This document shows positions 22,851-35,475 of a stretch of 64,000 nucleotides of DNA, piece by piece. The DNA is taken from the NCBI GenBank assembly GCA_008632985.1, contig QPGO01000074.1, positions 310,001 to 374,000 of the forward strand, read 5' to 3'. The stretch's first letter is position 1. Every line of letters starts with the position of its first letter. Under the pieces are notes generated by a model. That model saw only the letters and a program-made list of their open reading frames with translations. It did not search any database and was not told the DNA's origin. Made by a program: the position numbers and the translations under genes. Origin of the DNA: Psammoneis japonica. Lineage: Eukaryota.

Positions 22851-25505
22851 TTTTTGAAATCTTGGCCAAATTCATTTCATGCACATTTCTGCACAAACAA
22901 CACTGACGCAGCTTCTACAAAATTTGTGCGGTGTGTCAACATGCACGTTTTCCAATGGAAGATTCCCGCTGAAAGTGCGCCAAATCCCCCCCCCGAGCAT
23001 CAAATTTGGGAAACACTGGTTGGTGACTGTTTGAATTGATGGTGAGTGAAGCAAGCCTCAGTGCCCAAAAGCAACCCAGGTGTTAAATCTTGAGTTTGTT
23101 GAAAGCACCACAACATCATTGCACAGCAGAACAGCAGTTGCACAGCAGCACAGCAGTCATCAACCATGGCAGCTTGGGTGCAAGTGGCAGTGCACAACAA
23201 CAACATTGACCCCGTTTCTTTTTTCATTCTTGACAACATTTTCACAATCTGTCTGACAAGCTTGGTCATGTTTTGTGTCAATGAGAATTGTGGATGTGTG
23301 GTTTTGCCAAAAAATTGATTGTGTGATTCAAGACAGGTCAGCACTGTTTCAATTGTCAATGGTGCTTTCGCCAATTTTCTCACTTCTTTTTTGTGTTTCA
23401 TTGATCTTTGTTTGGCACAGAAAATTTAAGAGCATGGAGCCTTTTTGTGGTGATCTGCAATCTGCCACTTTTGGGAAGAGCAGCATTGCCATGGGCACAC
23501 ATGATTGGTGAGTTGGGGAACAAGGCATCATGTGATGCAATGCTCTGATGGAAACAGAGGGGGCACTTGTGGCAGAAAGGCAGATGGCTGTGGGAGGAAG
23601 TGACCTGCGGGAGGAGGGGGTGGAATCATTGCAAGCAGGGACATCCTGCTGGCTGCAACAGTCACATGGCATCAACCAATTCCTTGGCAGCATGTCTGGG
23701 CAAGCTTCCTCCAGCTGCACTTTGTTGGCAACTCCCGGCAAGTGGGGGAGAGGGAGTGCGCTGTCATTGGTCACTCTTGTCCTCTCCAGCCTCTTGATTC
23801 TGCCACCTTGCCGGTGATGCTCTGCAGATGCAGCAGCTGGAGCCAGTTGATGAGAAAATGCACAAGGCCCTGCCTCATTGTGACAAACAACCTGCAAGCT
23901 CACTCTTGTCTGACAGAACTTGACAAACCATGCATTGCCTTGTTGGCGCCGTGCCCCACCGCATCAAGATTTGTCATCATCATCAACAAAAGCACACAAG
24001 AAGGCTGCTTGGTCAGATTGTCCACTTTTTGAAGACTGCAGCAGACCTTGCCTGGAACACACTCCCACAATCTGCCCTTTTTCTGTGCTTGCTGTGGCTG
24101 AGGCACCAGAAATGATTCAACTCACTTGCAGTGTCTGTTCAAATGACATGTCTCCATTCAAAATTCAGCTTTGTGCGCCAATGCATGGGATTTTTCATGG
24201 AACGACAAAAACATTGAAAGTGTGGACAATGCCACAGTCAACAACCCACATTTTGCACAACAAAGCAGAAACTGAGATTGCTGGCATTTACTTTTTTCCT
24301 GCTCTTGTCGCAAGTGCTGTGCACCAAATGTGATGAATTGCTGAACAATTGTGCAACTCGCGTGCCAGAAGGGTGGCCATTGCTTTGGGCACAAAATTCA
24401 AGCTTTGCACATGCAGAGACCACAGAAAATGCACCAGCATTTGAGAATGTCCGATCTGTGTAGATCACATCGCACAGCACCACAGAGGTCATTCGATGAT
24501 GTCACTGGGATGACTCACACGACTGCAATGAGATTTCAACACCACATGCTCTGCGCCGGTGTTGGAACAGACATCTGTGCAAAGGGAGAGTGTTGCTTTG
24601 GGCAATAAAATTTGACCTTTGGGCATGTGAATCACACAATTGTTTGGCAACTCACAGCAACTTGAGTGTGGCCATCCAGAGCCAGACAGATCTCACCATC
24701 AACCAACAAGTCCGGAAAGCAACAATCCGTCAGAGACATCACTGCAGCTGGCATTGCTCGCCCATGTGGTGAGCCACTGGTGGAGCTGAGCATTGTTTGT
24801 GATTCAAAAGCTCACATCAAATGGAGCTGACAACTGCAGAGAAGGAGGCAAAGATTCCATCGAGGCTTCAAATGGGGCTTTCTCTGGGGCTTCCCCACTT
24901 GCCTTGAAAGAAACTCTTTCAACTTCCCATGAGTGATGGCAATCGAGGGCCGGCCCATCCAGCACCTTTCCTGGTGCCACCATTGCTGCCATGTTTGTCA
25001 GCCATGGTGAAGAGTGTGGCTGCAATCGGGACATTGTCGTGTGCTGTGTTTCGTTGGCCTTTTCTCTTCTCCAATTTGGGTGTGATGGACATGACAAGCA
25101 ATGCACTTTCTGGAGATTGGCCATCCACAAAAGAGAAGAAATTTGTCATTGCTATTTTTCTGTCTAGAGCTCTAGAAAACCAGCGCAGCATCGCATCATC
25201 GTACAGCCAGGTCATCCCGAGGATGCCCTGAGTAACATCCGTTGGCAAGGGTTGTGCGAACACGAACCACCAACTCTAGCTGTTGACTCCACGAAAAGCT
25301 TGCCGTGCAGTGCGGTGCTGTACGTACGGCGGTTACGTACTTGTAGCCCTACGTACCGTCGGTCCAGACGGCACGGACGTCTTCAGGGCGGGACGGACGG
25401 GACAGATAAAACTTGCATCTATGCAGACCACCGAGTGCGTGGTCAATGATTGTTCGAATATAATCTCACCAACACCTACCAACAGCATTAAATGGATAAT
25501 ATTTT

Positions 25506-26471
25506 ATGGATAATCAGCTAAGTATCAATCAAGCACCTCGTCCCTTGAAAGCAGCGCAATTAGCCACGGAGGACCGTCAAAAAGAATGGGCAGAATCCTG
25601 CTCTCTTGGTTCAGACACCTTAGATTTATCAGAAAAACATTGCGCACTCTCACTGGATTCTTTGTTGAACATTGCCAGCGAAGAGACTAAACCTTTTTTC
25701 GTGATAGCTAGAACTTCCTCTTCAAGCACCAGTCATCGAACGTATCATCACTACTACGCTGCTGAGTCTTTTATTCCATCGTTTACCAAGGCATCAACTC
25801 CAGAAATTATGTCGAGAGAGAAGATTCAACATGTAGATTACTTCGTGCTTTGTCGCGGGGAAACAGCTGCGGATTGGTTTGGCGACTATCGAAAAGACGG
25901 AAACAGTACACAACCGGAACTACAAATACTCGTCAAAGCCATAAGCGCCAATAGTGCTTATGACCGAATGTTGAATATCAATGCTATGGGTAAAATATAT
26001 TCAGCAGGTACACAAGCACTTGGTTTCGATCGCCACAGTGCTTGGCTCGCACCCAGGGGTCGTCCGATCAAAGCATCTCCAGCTAAAGCCGCGATGATCC
26101 AGGATTACGTTACTTCTACCATTCGAAGAGAATACCTTAATCACTTTCGTGACATGCAGGTCAGAACCACCGCCGCGCTACCAACAACTAGCTTTCTGTT
26201 TGAGAACCTCTCGTTTGACAACTACTTGAATGCGATTGACCTACACAGTTGCAATATATTGTCGAATCAAATGGAGTCACTCAAGATGCAAATCAGAGAA
26301 AGCAGAACTACAGCAACTGATGGGAACATTCTTAATGCACCGCACCTTCGGCAATTTGCAGTCGGATTGGCACTCTACCATCAAAGCGCTGTCAACACCT
26401 CCATTGAAGACTCTGAACAAATAGACAGATCTGAACCGCAGAAAAAACGGGCGCGTCCCTCGGGTTTGTGA
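25506..26471 (+). CDS. Hypothetical protein, 321 aa, with a C-terminal NLS-like PQKKRAR
   Basis: Long intronless ORF with TA and Tyr codons intact; no family recognised. Confidence 0.6.
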   Translation: MDNQLSINQAPRPLKAAQLATEDRQKEWAESCSLGSDTLDLSEKHCALSLDSLLNIASEETKPFFVIARTSSSSTSHRTYHHYYAAESFIPSFTKASTPEIMSREKIQHVDYFVLCRGETAADWFGDYRKDGNSTQPELQILVKAISANSAYDRMLNINAMGKIYSAGTQALGFDRHSAWLAPRGRPIKASPAKAAMIQDYVTSTIRREYLNHFRDMQVRTTAALPTTSFLFENLSFDNYLNAIDLHSCNILSNQMESLKMQIRESRTTATDGNILNAPHLRQFAVGLALYHQSAVNTSIEDSEQIDRSEPQKKRARPSGL

Positions 26472-27001
26472 TCCATAACTGCATTTGCCATCGTTTGGGA
26501 TTTGGGACAAATCACTTAGCTTTGTAAAGAAATTATTGAGCTGAGCAAACGATCAAATCACCACAGGCTAGCCAGCTAAATCTCGAACCTTCAAACTCAT
26601 CACCAAGATGAGAAGAAATTATCCGAGTCGCCCCTCTGAAATGATTTGTCACCGCGTTCTAAAGAAAGATCACGCGTCGTTAGGAAGAAATAGAAAAGTT
26701 TCATATGATCCGATCTATGGCAAAAACATTGGCGGTTGGCTCCATCTCTACCTTCTCTGGTACTCTAGAGAGCTAGCCAGAGGTAGCTGCTAGAGTAGAC
26801 TACAGTACTAAGGCTGTTATCCCACCAGCCACCAGGCAGCCTCCGGATTGAAAAGTCAAAATGGCGGGCTCACTCTTTTCGCGCACCCTTCGCGCGACCT
26901 GCTGAATCAACGCGTTCGTCACGAACACTGTAGACAATGTACCACGTCCTACGTAACGCACCTGATCTGGAGACACATCATACTGTAACGACACTATGAA
27001 A

Positions 27002-28684
27002 ATGGCGTTGGTTGCCGCGACACGCAGAGGCGTTCAAAGCGTTGCCAAACAGGCGACGCGATCGCTTTCATCCGGAGCTGATGTGCTAGCAGGAAGCGGG
27101 TGAGTGCAATATTTCGTTGACGTTGGAGGATAAAAAATATCTTGCAGCAAGAAACCGTTGTGATGAGGGGTGGTTCAACGCCAGAATATCTGTAGTCAAG
27201 CTCCAATTCTATATTCAATGTGTCTATTTTATCTTATTCATTTGTCGTGATTGCTTCTGCAAATTATTTCATCTCTTCTTCCTCTGGGTCAATCATGTGT
27301 CAGAGCTTATGGCGGCTTGACAGATCAAGATCGAATCTTTACCAACCTTTACGGTGAGCAAGATTGGCGCCTCAAGGATGCTCTCGTTAGGGGCGACTAC
27401 CACATGACGAAAGAAATCATGTGGATGGGTCCTGATTGGATTGTTCAAGAAATCAAGGATTCTGGCTTGAGAGGCCGCGGTGGAGCCGGTTTCCCCTCGG
27501 GTCTCAAGTGGAGTTTCATGCCCAAGGAAACAGACGGTCGTCCTAGTTTCTTGGTGGTGAATGCCGATGAGAGTGAACCAGGAACCTGCAAGGATCGCGA
27601 GATTATGCGCAAGGACCCGCACAAGCTGGTGGAGGGATGTCTGTTGGCGGGTTATGCCATGAGAGCCCGTGCGGCTTATATTTACATTCGCGGTGAGTAT
27701 TTCAATGAGGCTGTTGTCCTTGATGAGGCGATTCACGAGGCGTATGCAGCGGGATTCCTTGGAAAGAACGCTTGTGGGTCGGGCTATGACTTTGACGTGT
27801 ATCTCCATCGTGGTGCTGGAGCGTACATTTGTGGCGAGGAGACTGCGCTCATTGAGAGCCTGGAGGGGCGCCAAGGTAAGCCCAGGCTGAAGCCCCCATT
27901 CCCAGCTGGTGTTGGACTCTTCGGTTGTCCTTCTACCGTGACAAATGTCGAAACGGTGGCTGTCGCCCCGACCATTCTCCGTCGTGGTGCCTCGTGGTTT
28001 GCGTCCTTTGGAAACGAGAACAATCGCGGAACCAAACTCTTTGGAATCTCGGGACATGTTAAGAATCCTATGGTAGTAGAAGAGGCAATGTCAATTCCTC
28101 TACAGGAACTTATCGAAAAGCACTGTGGTGGAATGCGAAACGGATGGGATTCTGTCCAGGCCTGTATTCCCGGAGGGTCTTCTGTTCCTGTGTTGAATAA
28201 GGCCCAGTGCGACGAAGCACTTATGGAATTTGACGACCTTCGCGCAAAGGGCTCGGGTCTTGGTACGGCTGCTGTCACCATGTTTGACGATACCGTTGAC
28301 ATGGTTGCGGCTATTCGTAGGCTGGCTCACTTTTACAAGCACGAGTCTTGTGGACAATGCACACCCTGCCGCGAGGGTACGTCATGGCTCGAGGAGATCT
28401 TGATTCGTATGGAACACGGTGATGCAGACAAGAGAGAGATTCCAATGCTTGAGGAGATCTCTCGTCAAATCGAGGGCCATACGATTTGCGCTCTTGGGGA
28501 TGCCGCGGCTTGGCCAGTGCAGGGACTTGTGCGACATTTCAAGAAGGACATTGAGGACCGCATCGACGATCCCTCTGCATTTGACCATGAGGCAGCCTTC
28601 CAAAAGGCATGGAGCGGTGATCCCTTTGACAATGCAGCTTGGGTAAAGAAGCACGGCGATGGCAAGACGTATGCTTCTGCCTAA
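27002..28684 (+). CDS. NDUFV1: Mitochondrial complex I 51-kDa flavoprotein subunit; exons 27002-27099, 27304-28684
   Basis: [71 protein letters not shown]; mitochondrial presequence in exon 1; phase-2 intron. Confidence 0.98.
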
Positions 28685-28912
28685 AAATTCTAGCATGAGA
28701 TCTAACCTTTTTCACGTTGCAAAGCATAACAGTTCGCAATCGACAGACTTTATTGATCACATGATTACTAGTACATACATCTCAGCACCAAGGGATACAG
28801 ATGCTGCTTCCAACTCGCCTTGTCTTACGGAGAAGTCCTCACAGAACAGACCCGAGGGATTCGGTCGGTTTAAAACTCATACAATATGGCCTGTGCTATT
28901 TTCACACGAGAA

Positions 28913-29878
28913 TCAGCCAACGAACGACCCCTCCTCCCACGTTCCAATTTGAACACCGCCATTCTCGAATCGATTCTCACCCTCGCCGTCACGTTTATCG
29001 TTCCTCCAACTTCCAACATACACTTCGCCATAACAATACGTCATCTCGCCATAGCCATGTCTACGGTCGTTCTTCCACTCTCCTTCGTATCGATCGCCCT
29101 CAGGCCACTCCATGATTCCTTCACCATCTCTTCTACCTTGTTTCCATAGTCCTCTGTACACCTTTCCGCCCGAAAAGCTGAGTGTACCATGTCCATCAAA
29201 TTGGCTGTTTCTGAATTCGCCTTTGTATTCATCGCCACCTGCACCGCGATAAATACCTTCCCCGTGAAACAGCCCATTCCAAAATTCTCCTTCATACACA
29301 ATCGCCTGACCTTTGTACCCGCCTTCTTTGTAGATATGCGAGAAGAAGCCTCTGCCTCTCTCGACAGTGCCGTCCACAACTTCACCAACAAATCTTCTAC
29401 CTTTGGAGTCTCGTAGAACCACAATTGTATGGTCAGGAAGGGAGCTCGCAACATGGTTTGCAGGTTCTGGATTGGTGGCACAGCTACGAGTAGACATGTC
29501 ACATTGGAGGTTTGATACTTGAGTCGTGTTCTCGGTGTCCTCTTCTGTAGTTTCATCGGCTGTGTGCTTTTGAAGAGGGTAGCAATAAAGGCAACGGCCT
29601 TCGAGGACCATGTCTGGCATCGAAACGGGTAGCATTAGCTTGCGGCGTCCGGTCCAACTCATCTTGTACTTTATCTTATAAGTTCGCATCCCACAGTTTG
29701 GGCACATCCCAAAGCGAAGTCTGTCTCTCATAATGTCTGCTGGCAAGTCTGCTTCCACAACATGATGTCGCGACGAACCTCCTTCTTCTTCTTCCGAAGA
29801 GGTATCCCTTTGCAATTCCTCTGTCGAAACCGATGAAGAAGATATATTGATAGGTTTATCAGGGGGGTGACGCTCCAT
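28913..29878 (-). CDS. MORN-repeat protein with an N-terminal Cys motif
   Basis: Several YxGE(W/F)xNxxxHGxG MORN repeats; CPNCG...RCLYC motif. Confidence 0.88.
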   Translation of the reverse strand: MERHPPDKPINISSSSVSTEELQRDTSSEEEEGGSSRHHVVEADLPADIMRDRLRFGMCPNCGMRTYKIKYKMSWTGRRKLMLPVSMPDMVLEGRCLYCYPLQKHTADETTEEDTENTTQVSNLQCDMSTRSCATNPEPANHVASSLPDHTIVVLRDSKGRRFVGEVVDGTVERGRGFFSHIYKEGGYKGQAIVYEGEFWNGLFHGEGIYRGAGGDEYKGEFRNSQFDGHGTLSFSGGKVYRGLWKQGRRDGEGIMEWPEGDRYEGEWKNDRRHGYGEMTYCYGEVYVGSWRNDKRDGEGENRFENGGVQIGTWEEGSFVG

Positions 29879-32800
29879 CGTGCGTGTACCAGGCGAAGCG
29901 ATTGTAAATCAGATTGCAGATCGTTCGCAGTTGTTCAATCGCGAAGTCCGATGCTCGCCACTCACGAGTCGAAAAACGATTCTCGAAAAAATGAGGGTCG
30001 AGCAAGACATCGCAAGACACGAAACAATTATAAGAACATATGCCCAGTTTTTGATATATGTATTCAATGTTGTATACAAATCATAAATATGAAGTTCGGT
30101 TTTCGCAATGAGCTGTTAAATAGGGCTATAGATATAATGTTATCTTTGTGAAAAACTTAACGAATTTTGACGCGACTTTCCCTCGGATGCGAAGTAAATA
30201 CATATGAATACAGTAAGTGCGGGCGGGAACCGAACAGCGTCTTGACACTTTTTGATCCTGGGACAAGTTTGGTGGAATGAGCGCGGGAAACCGGTTGATA
30301 AATCACCTCTCTTGAGCAATGTGGAAACGGGTTAGAAGGCACGCTTTCCATGTGCCGGTGACATCATAAAAGGTGCGGAGGTGTGAGGACACAGGGACCA
30401 ACATCTTTTTTTGCAACAGGCAGACAATTCATCTGTGCTGGGGTGCACAGCAAATGTGGCTCAGCTGACAATTTTTTGCAAGAAGGGGGGTGCCACAGAA
30501 GGAGGCGCGCTGCACTGGCAACTCAAGCAGGCACAATTTGGCCTGCAGAAAAAGCACAATAATGCTGCAAAGCAGAGTTGTTGCTCTCTCTGTGCGCCTC
30601 CCAACTGCCAGCTGCTGACACCACCACTCTGCTGCTTTGAAAAGTCGCCCCCGGCTGCAGGCCCACCGCGAGTTTTGCACACATGTGCTCCTCGAAAAAG
30701 CCTCTCTTTTCTTTGTGCAGCACTTTGCATTGCAGCTGAACTTGCACAAGCCACAATGCACACAATCTTGGTGCCCTGAAAGAAGTTTTTTGGTGTCAGG
30801 AACAAACTGATCAAAGCAATTCTGGGGCTGTTCGCCAGCAGAACGAGGCTTCAGATGTCAGCCACACCTGTGAAGGGCATCAGCCGCCACTGCACTTGAC
30901 TTCACAAAGTGCTGCACTGTGTGGCTCTCATGGAATTGACTGATGTTGATTGGCACTTTTGACCCAGTGTGCAGCCAAGAGAGCAAAGAGATCCCTTCTT
31001 TTCCTCTTGCAAGAGCTGGCGCAACAGCAGCCCAAAGAGCAATCCTTTCTGAGCCAGCCTTCATGGTTGTTTGGCTGGTTGGTTTGTTGCTTTTGTCTTG
31101 CATTGGTTGTCATGGTTTGTGATCAGTTGCCATCTCTGTGACCCAATCACAGTTGTTTTCTTCTGCTGCTTTGTGCTTTGTTCAGCTTTTTTGCCTCTGA
31201 GCGGCGCTGTTTTGGTCACGCCACTTCAGGTCAATGCAATGTCACACTGTTGCCTGCAACTGATTGTCAAAAGTTTGACATCTTTGCTGTGTTTGTTGCA
31301 CCAACAGTTTGGTGTGATCCAGAATCAGTGAAATTTTTGGCGAGGAAGTGCGCCCCAGTTGCTTCTTCACATCGCCGGCTCTTTGCTCTGCCTGAGCCCA
31401 TGGCTTTGTGCACATTTTGCTGAAATGAGTGGCTGTGTCTGGCTGTCTTGTTCAACAACTGTGTGCATTCCAACAAACAAAAGTGGCAGTCAATTCATCA
31501 CCAAAACACCTTTTGATCAGCATCAAACCAAATGTCATCAACTGTCAAATGAAGCACTTGATGAGAGCAGAGTGGGGAGGATTGAAATGGCTGCACAGCG
31601 CACTGAGGAGGTTGTGCGCTGCTTGTGCTCTGCTCACTGTTCTTTGTTGCTGCTGCAAACCATGGCTGTGCAGTTGCTTGGCATCCCAGCACAGCACACA
31701 AAAGAACATCCGCCTCAACAAGAAACCAGTGATGCAATCAAAAGCTGGTGGCAACTTGTTCCTCACATCCTTCTGGTGTTGAGAAGGCACTCATGACCAG
31801 CAGAGAGGTGTGCAGAACATGCACAAAACTTGTTGATTGCTTGGCTCCATTTCCCTGTGAGCAGCTGTGCAAGCTTCTTTGAGAATGAAGAGCACCGTCA
31901 TTTTCCATGGACACAGACAAAGCTGCAGCAGTTTGAGCACAAGCAGGAGTTTCCATTTTTCCTTTTTTTCACCAAAAAGGTGTGCTTTCTCTTTTGTCTC
32001 TCCTCCTTCTTTTTGGCTGCTTTCTGGGAGAGAGCTGGCTTTTGCAGCAGTGCAAACCAAATGTGCACACAAAAAGAAACAACCTCCACAGGAAAGAGCA
32101 CATTTGAAAAGAGGCAAAAACATCTTGTTGTCAATCACTTTGAGCTTGGGCTGCTCATGATCAAACAGAAACAAAAACACTCTTGGTTTGTGTGATTTTT
32201 CTCTCTTCAGGAGGCAAAGCTGCAGAAAAAAAGGGAGCTTTGGGTCCAAGGAATTGTTGAAAGTGGGCATGAGATGGAGGAGAAGGGCATGCATGTGAGA
32301 GCTTTTGTGGTGGTGAGCTTTTATGAGTGCAGCAAGAGAGGCAGGCACAGGGTCAAGCAAGAGAAAGGTGGCATTTCCACAATGCTGACAACTTGATGCA
32401 AGATGTCCTGCAAGTCCATGTGCAAAGTGAGCAGGCATGCCGAGGGGGGGGGATGTGAGGAGTGGCTCACCTGGTGTGTTGGGGGCAAGGCACCACCGTG
32501 TGTGGTGTGCCAGCAAAAGGAGCACACCAGCTGGGTGATCAAGAAAGGTGTGGCCACACCAGCAGCAGTGGGGCACAGTGCCCCATGTGTTGGAGCACTG
32601 GGGCGGGGGTCAGATGCAGTTTTCACAGGACAGACAGACAAAGTTGCAGCAAAAGATGTGCTGACAATTGCAGACAATGTGGCAAATTTGTGCTTGCAAC
32701 TCAGATTGAGTTGTGGGTCTTGTGCTCACGTTTTAGCTTCTGCACCTGGTTGACATGGTGGCAACAGCCATGTGTTTGCAAGCCACATGGTGAGTTTGGA

Positions 32801-32887
32801 GATGGTGAAACCAAATGCATCTGCCAGTCAGCAAGCTGTGAAGCTCCAACACAGAAGCTGGAAACTCATGTGAGTGGTGTTGTTCAA

Positions 32888-32980
32888 GGGCTGGGATGTC
32901 AACAGAAATCCATGCAATGAGGGCTGGGAAGTCAACAGGAATCCAAAAGAAAAGGCTGGGAAGTCAACAGGAATCCAAAG
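32888..32980 (+). repeat. Three tandem copies of an about 32-bp unit GGCTGGGAAGTCAACAGGAATCCA
   Basis: Seen directly, upstream of the gag relic. Confidence 0.85.
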
Positions 32981-33249
32981 ACATGTGTCATGTCAGCAGA
33001 TTGTGGCAAAAGAGCCGGCTGGACAAGGGTGAAGGAACAATCTCTGGAGGGCCTTGCTGTTGAAGAAGCTGTTGAGGGTCTGTGCTGAAAGAGGGTGTGA
33101 CAAGGTTGTGGCGGGGTTGATGAGACCCCAAGTGTGTGGCTGTTGGCAAGCCATGAAACTCCAAAATGAGTCCCTGAAAACTGTTTGGAAGCACAAAAGA
33201 TTTGAAGGAGCGGGTGCATGACACCATTGCCAAGTTGGGATGACAGACA

Positions 33250-34140
33250 GACAGTCAGACGCCAACCACAAAGAAGATCAGCATGTCAGCAGAATGTTTG
33301 GGCTGGAGATGCAGGCACTGACATCTCTGAGGCAGGAGAGCATGCCAAAAGAGCTTGCTCATTCATTGGGAGATGCAGTGCATTGGAGAAGGACAAGGCA
33401 ATCTGGGGCAAGCAATGCAATCACTGTGTGCTGGAACAGAACATGATCTTCAAGACACAGAATGTGGAGGCATTGGGCACAATTGTGGGGCAATGTGCAA
33501 AGGCCATTTGTCAGAAGATTGAAAGAGTGAAAGAGTTCACCAGAGTTGTGAAGGAGTGGGGTGTGGCAGCTCTGCTGGACATTCTCAAATTGATCTTGTT
33601 TGATGCAAATGAGAACACAAACCCACATGATGTCCATGCAGCAAAGGCTTGGAAGCAGTTGGCACTCATTTGTCAAGATGAAGGAGAGGTGCTTCAAGGT
33701 TGTTGCAATCAACTTGCAAGCATGGTTGAAGTGGTGGAGATGTCCTGTGGCAGGATCATCCCCCAGAAGAAATTGCTGAGAAAGAAGATGGGCTCAGCAA
33801 GGAAGCTGATGACACCCAGAACAAAGAAAAGAGCCAGTTGTCAGCAGTGGTGCACCAATGGAAGGCACCAAAGAATGTTGGCATGTCTTGAAAGACCTGC
33901 ATGATTGGCAACTCACATTGGGGGTTGACATTTGTCCCAGTTCAGCCCAGGAGCACTGCAGGTGTTGGACAACTGCAGGGCCAACAAGAGACCTGATGGT
34001 GCAAGTTTTGCACAGAACAAAAAGCAGCAGATGAAATGCTGGAGGTGCAATGAGGTTGGACATGTGAGGAAGAATTTTCCTGACAATGATCATTCATTGG
34101 TGGAGTTGGATGATGTGGACCATGGGAATCAGTGGAATGG
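33250..34140 (+). mobile_element. Degenerate LTR-retrotransposon gag (probably Ty1/copia type) with zinc knuckle
   Basis: IVGQCAKAICQKIE...ALLDILK...AWKQLALICQ..GEVLQGCCNQ (for YY)...VEVVE; knuckle CWRCNEVGHVRKNFP (CX2CX4HX4C with the last Cys lost). Confidence 0.7.
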
Positions 34141-35159
34141 CCAATGATGTGGCATTGGGTGGCATGGACTGCAAGTGCCATCCTTCTGTGCTTGATGTGC
34201 ATGAGGCCAATCAATTGACGGCATTGTCTTTCTTGAAGCAGAGCACTTGTTTCTGTTGTTTGTGGCTGCAAATTGACACTTTGTTTTTTGTGCAAGAAAT
34301 GTGCTCACTTGCAAACTGGGCTCTTTCTCATCATCATGCAGGTTCTCAGTCCACACAGGACCTTGGCATTGTTCACTGGCATCTGTGTGAGACATGGTTG
34401 GAGCTCAGCTCTGGCATTTGAGGCAAGCACAGTCTGGGATTTCATTTTGGTTGGGCATCTCAATTTTGTGAGTTTTTTGAAGATTTCTGGATGGCTGGCT
34501 GCATGGATTTCTTGCTGCTTGGGCTGATTTGAGTGCACTGAAGATGCTTCATTGGCAACAAAATGTTTTGAAGGCAAGACAATGCAAGAGCATCTTGCTT
34601 TTGTTTGGCTTGCAGTCTTGCCCAATGGTGGCTGCACTTCATGCAGAATTTGGCAAAAAGGTTTCAGTTTTGCCCTGCTGTTTGTCAAAAGACATGTGGC
34701 AATCAAGCTGCATCACAAGCACACTCGGACCATCAACTTGAGCTCAGCTTTGATGTCACTGCACATGGAAATGATGCCACAGCAACAACAAAGTGGGCAA
34801 TGTCTTTGACAGCAATGGCATGACATGCGCCATTGTGCCGTGCAACAGCATCATGACTGCACTTCTGATTTGGCATTTTCAGCCACACAAGTGCATGTGC
34901 TACAACTTGCCCCAAGTGTGGAAATCTCAGTGTCAAAAAAGTGACTTTTTCTTTTGACACAGCTGCCATGTGGTGACACTTGTTGTGAAATCATCGCAGT
35001 TGCTTGCCCGTTTGACATCTGCTGCAGTTGAACAAGGTGTCATTGATTCAGCAATCAATGCAAGAATCTGTTTCAACCTTTGTTTTCAAAAATCATTTGC
35101 GAACTTGTTGAGAAAGTTGTTGATGCTTCATTTTTTTGTGTTTCTGCATCCATTGTTGG

Positions 35160-35475
35160 CTGTGTCATTTGCACTTTGCGGGCACAGCTTCATGCACTGT
35201 CTTTTGTGGCTTGTGTGGTTTGTTTGTTGCATCAAGAAGAGTTCCTGAATGTTGTGTTGTTGTGGCAAAAGTCATTGTGTCACAACAAAAGAACAGCTTT
35301 GTGTGCCCTGTTGTTGTTTTTGATTGCATGCTGTTGGTTGCATTGTTTGTGCTTTGCAGGGCACAAACTTTGCCCACTGTCTTTCACGGCATGCATTGTT
35401 TGTTTGTTGCATTGAGAAGAGCACCTGGATGTTGCGTTGTTGTGGCAAGAAGTGTTGTTTTCACAACAAAAAGTC
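35160..35475 (+). repeat. Diverged direct repeat, period about 180 bp
   Basis: TGTTTGTTGCATcaAGAAGAG (35221) vs TGTTTGTTGCATtgAGAAGAG (35401) plus flanking similarity. Confidence 0.8.

Larger units (their letters stand above)
19010..25150. mobile_element. TpA- and CpG-depleted block of nested degenerate repeats
   Basis: TA and CG nearly absent, TG/CA strongly enriched; overlapping ORFs in all frames are almost Tyr-free and end almost only in TGA. Confidence 0.8.

Noticed and set aside
19014..24800. Many 60-250 aa ORFs as real genes
   Set aside because: Explained by loss of TAA/TAG stops; they overlap in all frames and are almost Tyr-free.
32888..32980. CRISPR-like array
   Set aside because: Simple tandem repeat without unique 25-40 bp spacers; eukaryotic context and no cas genes.
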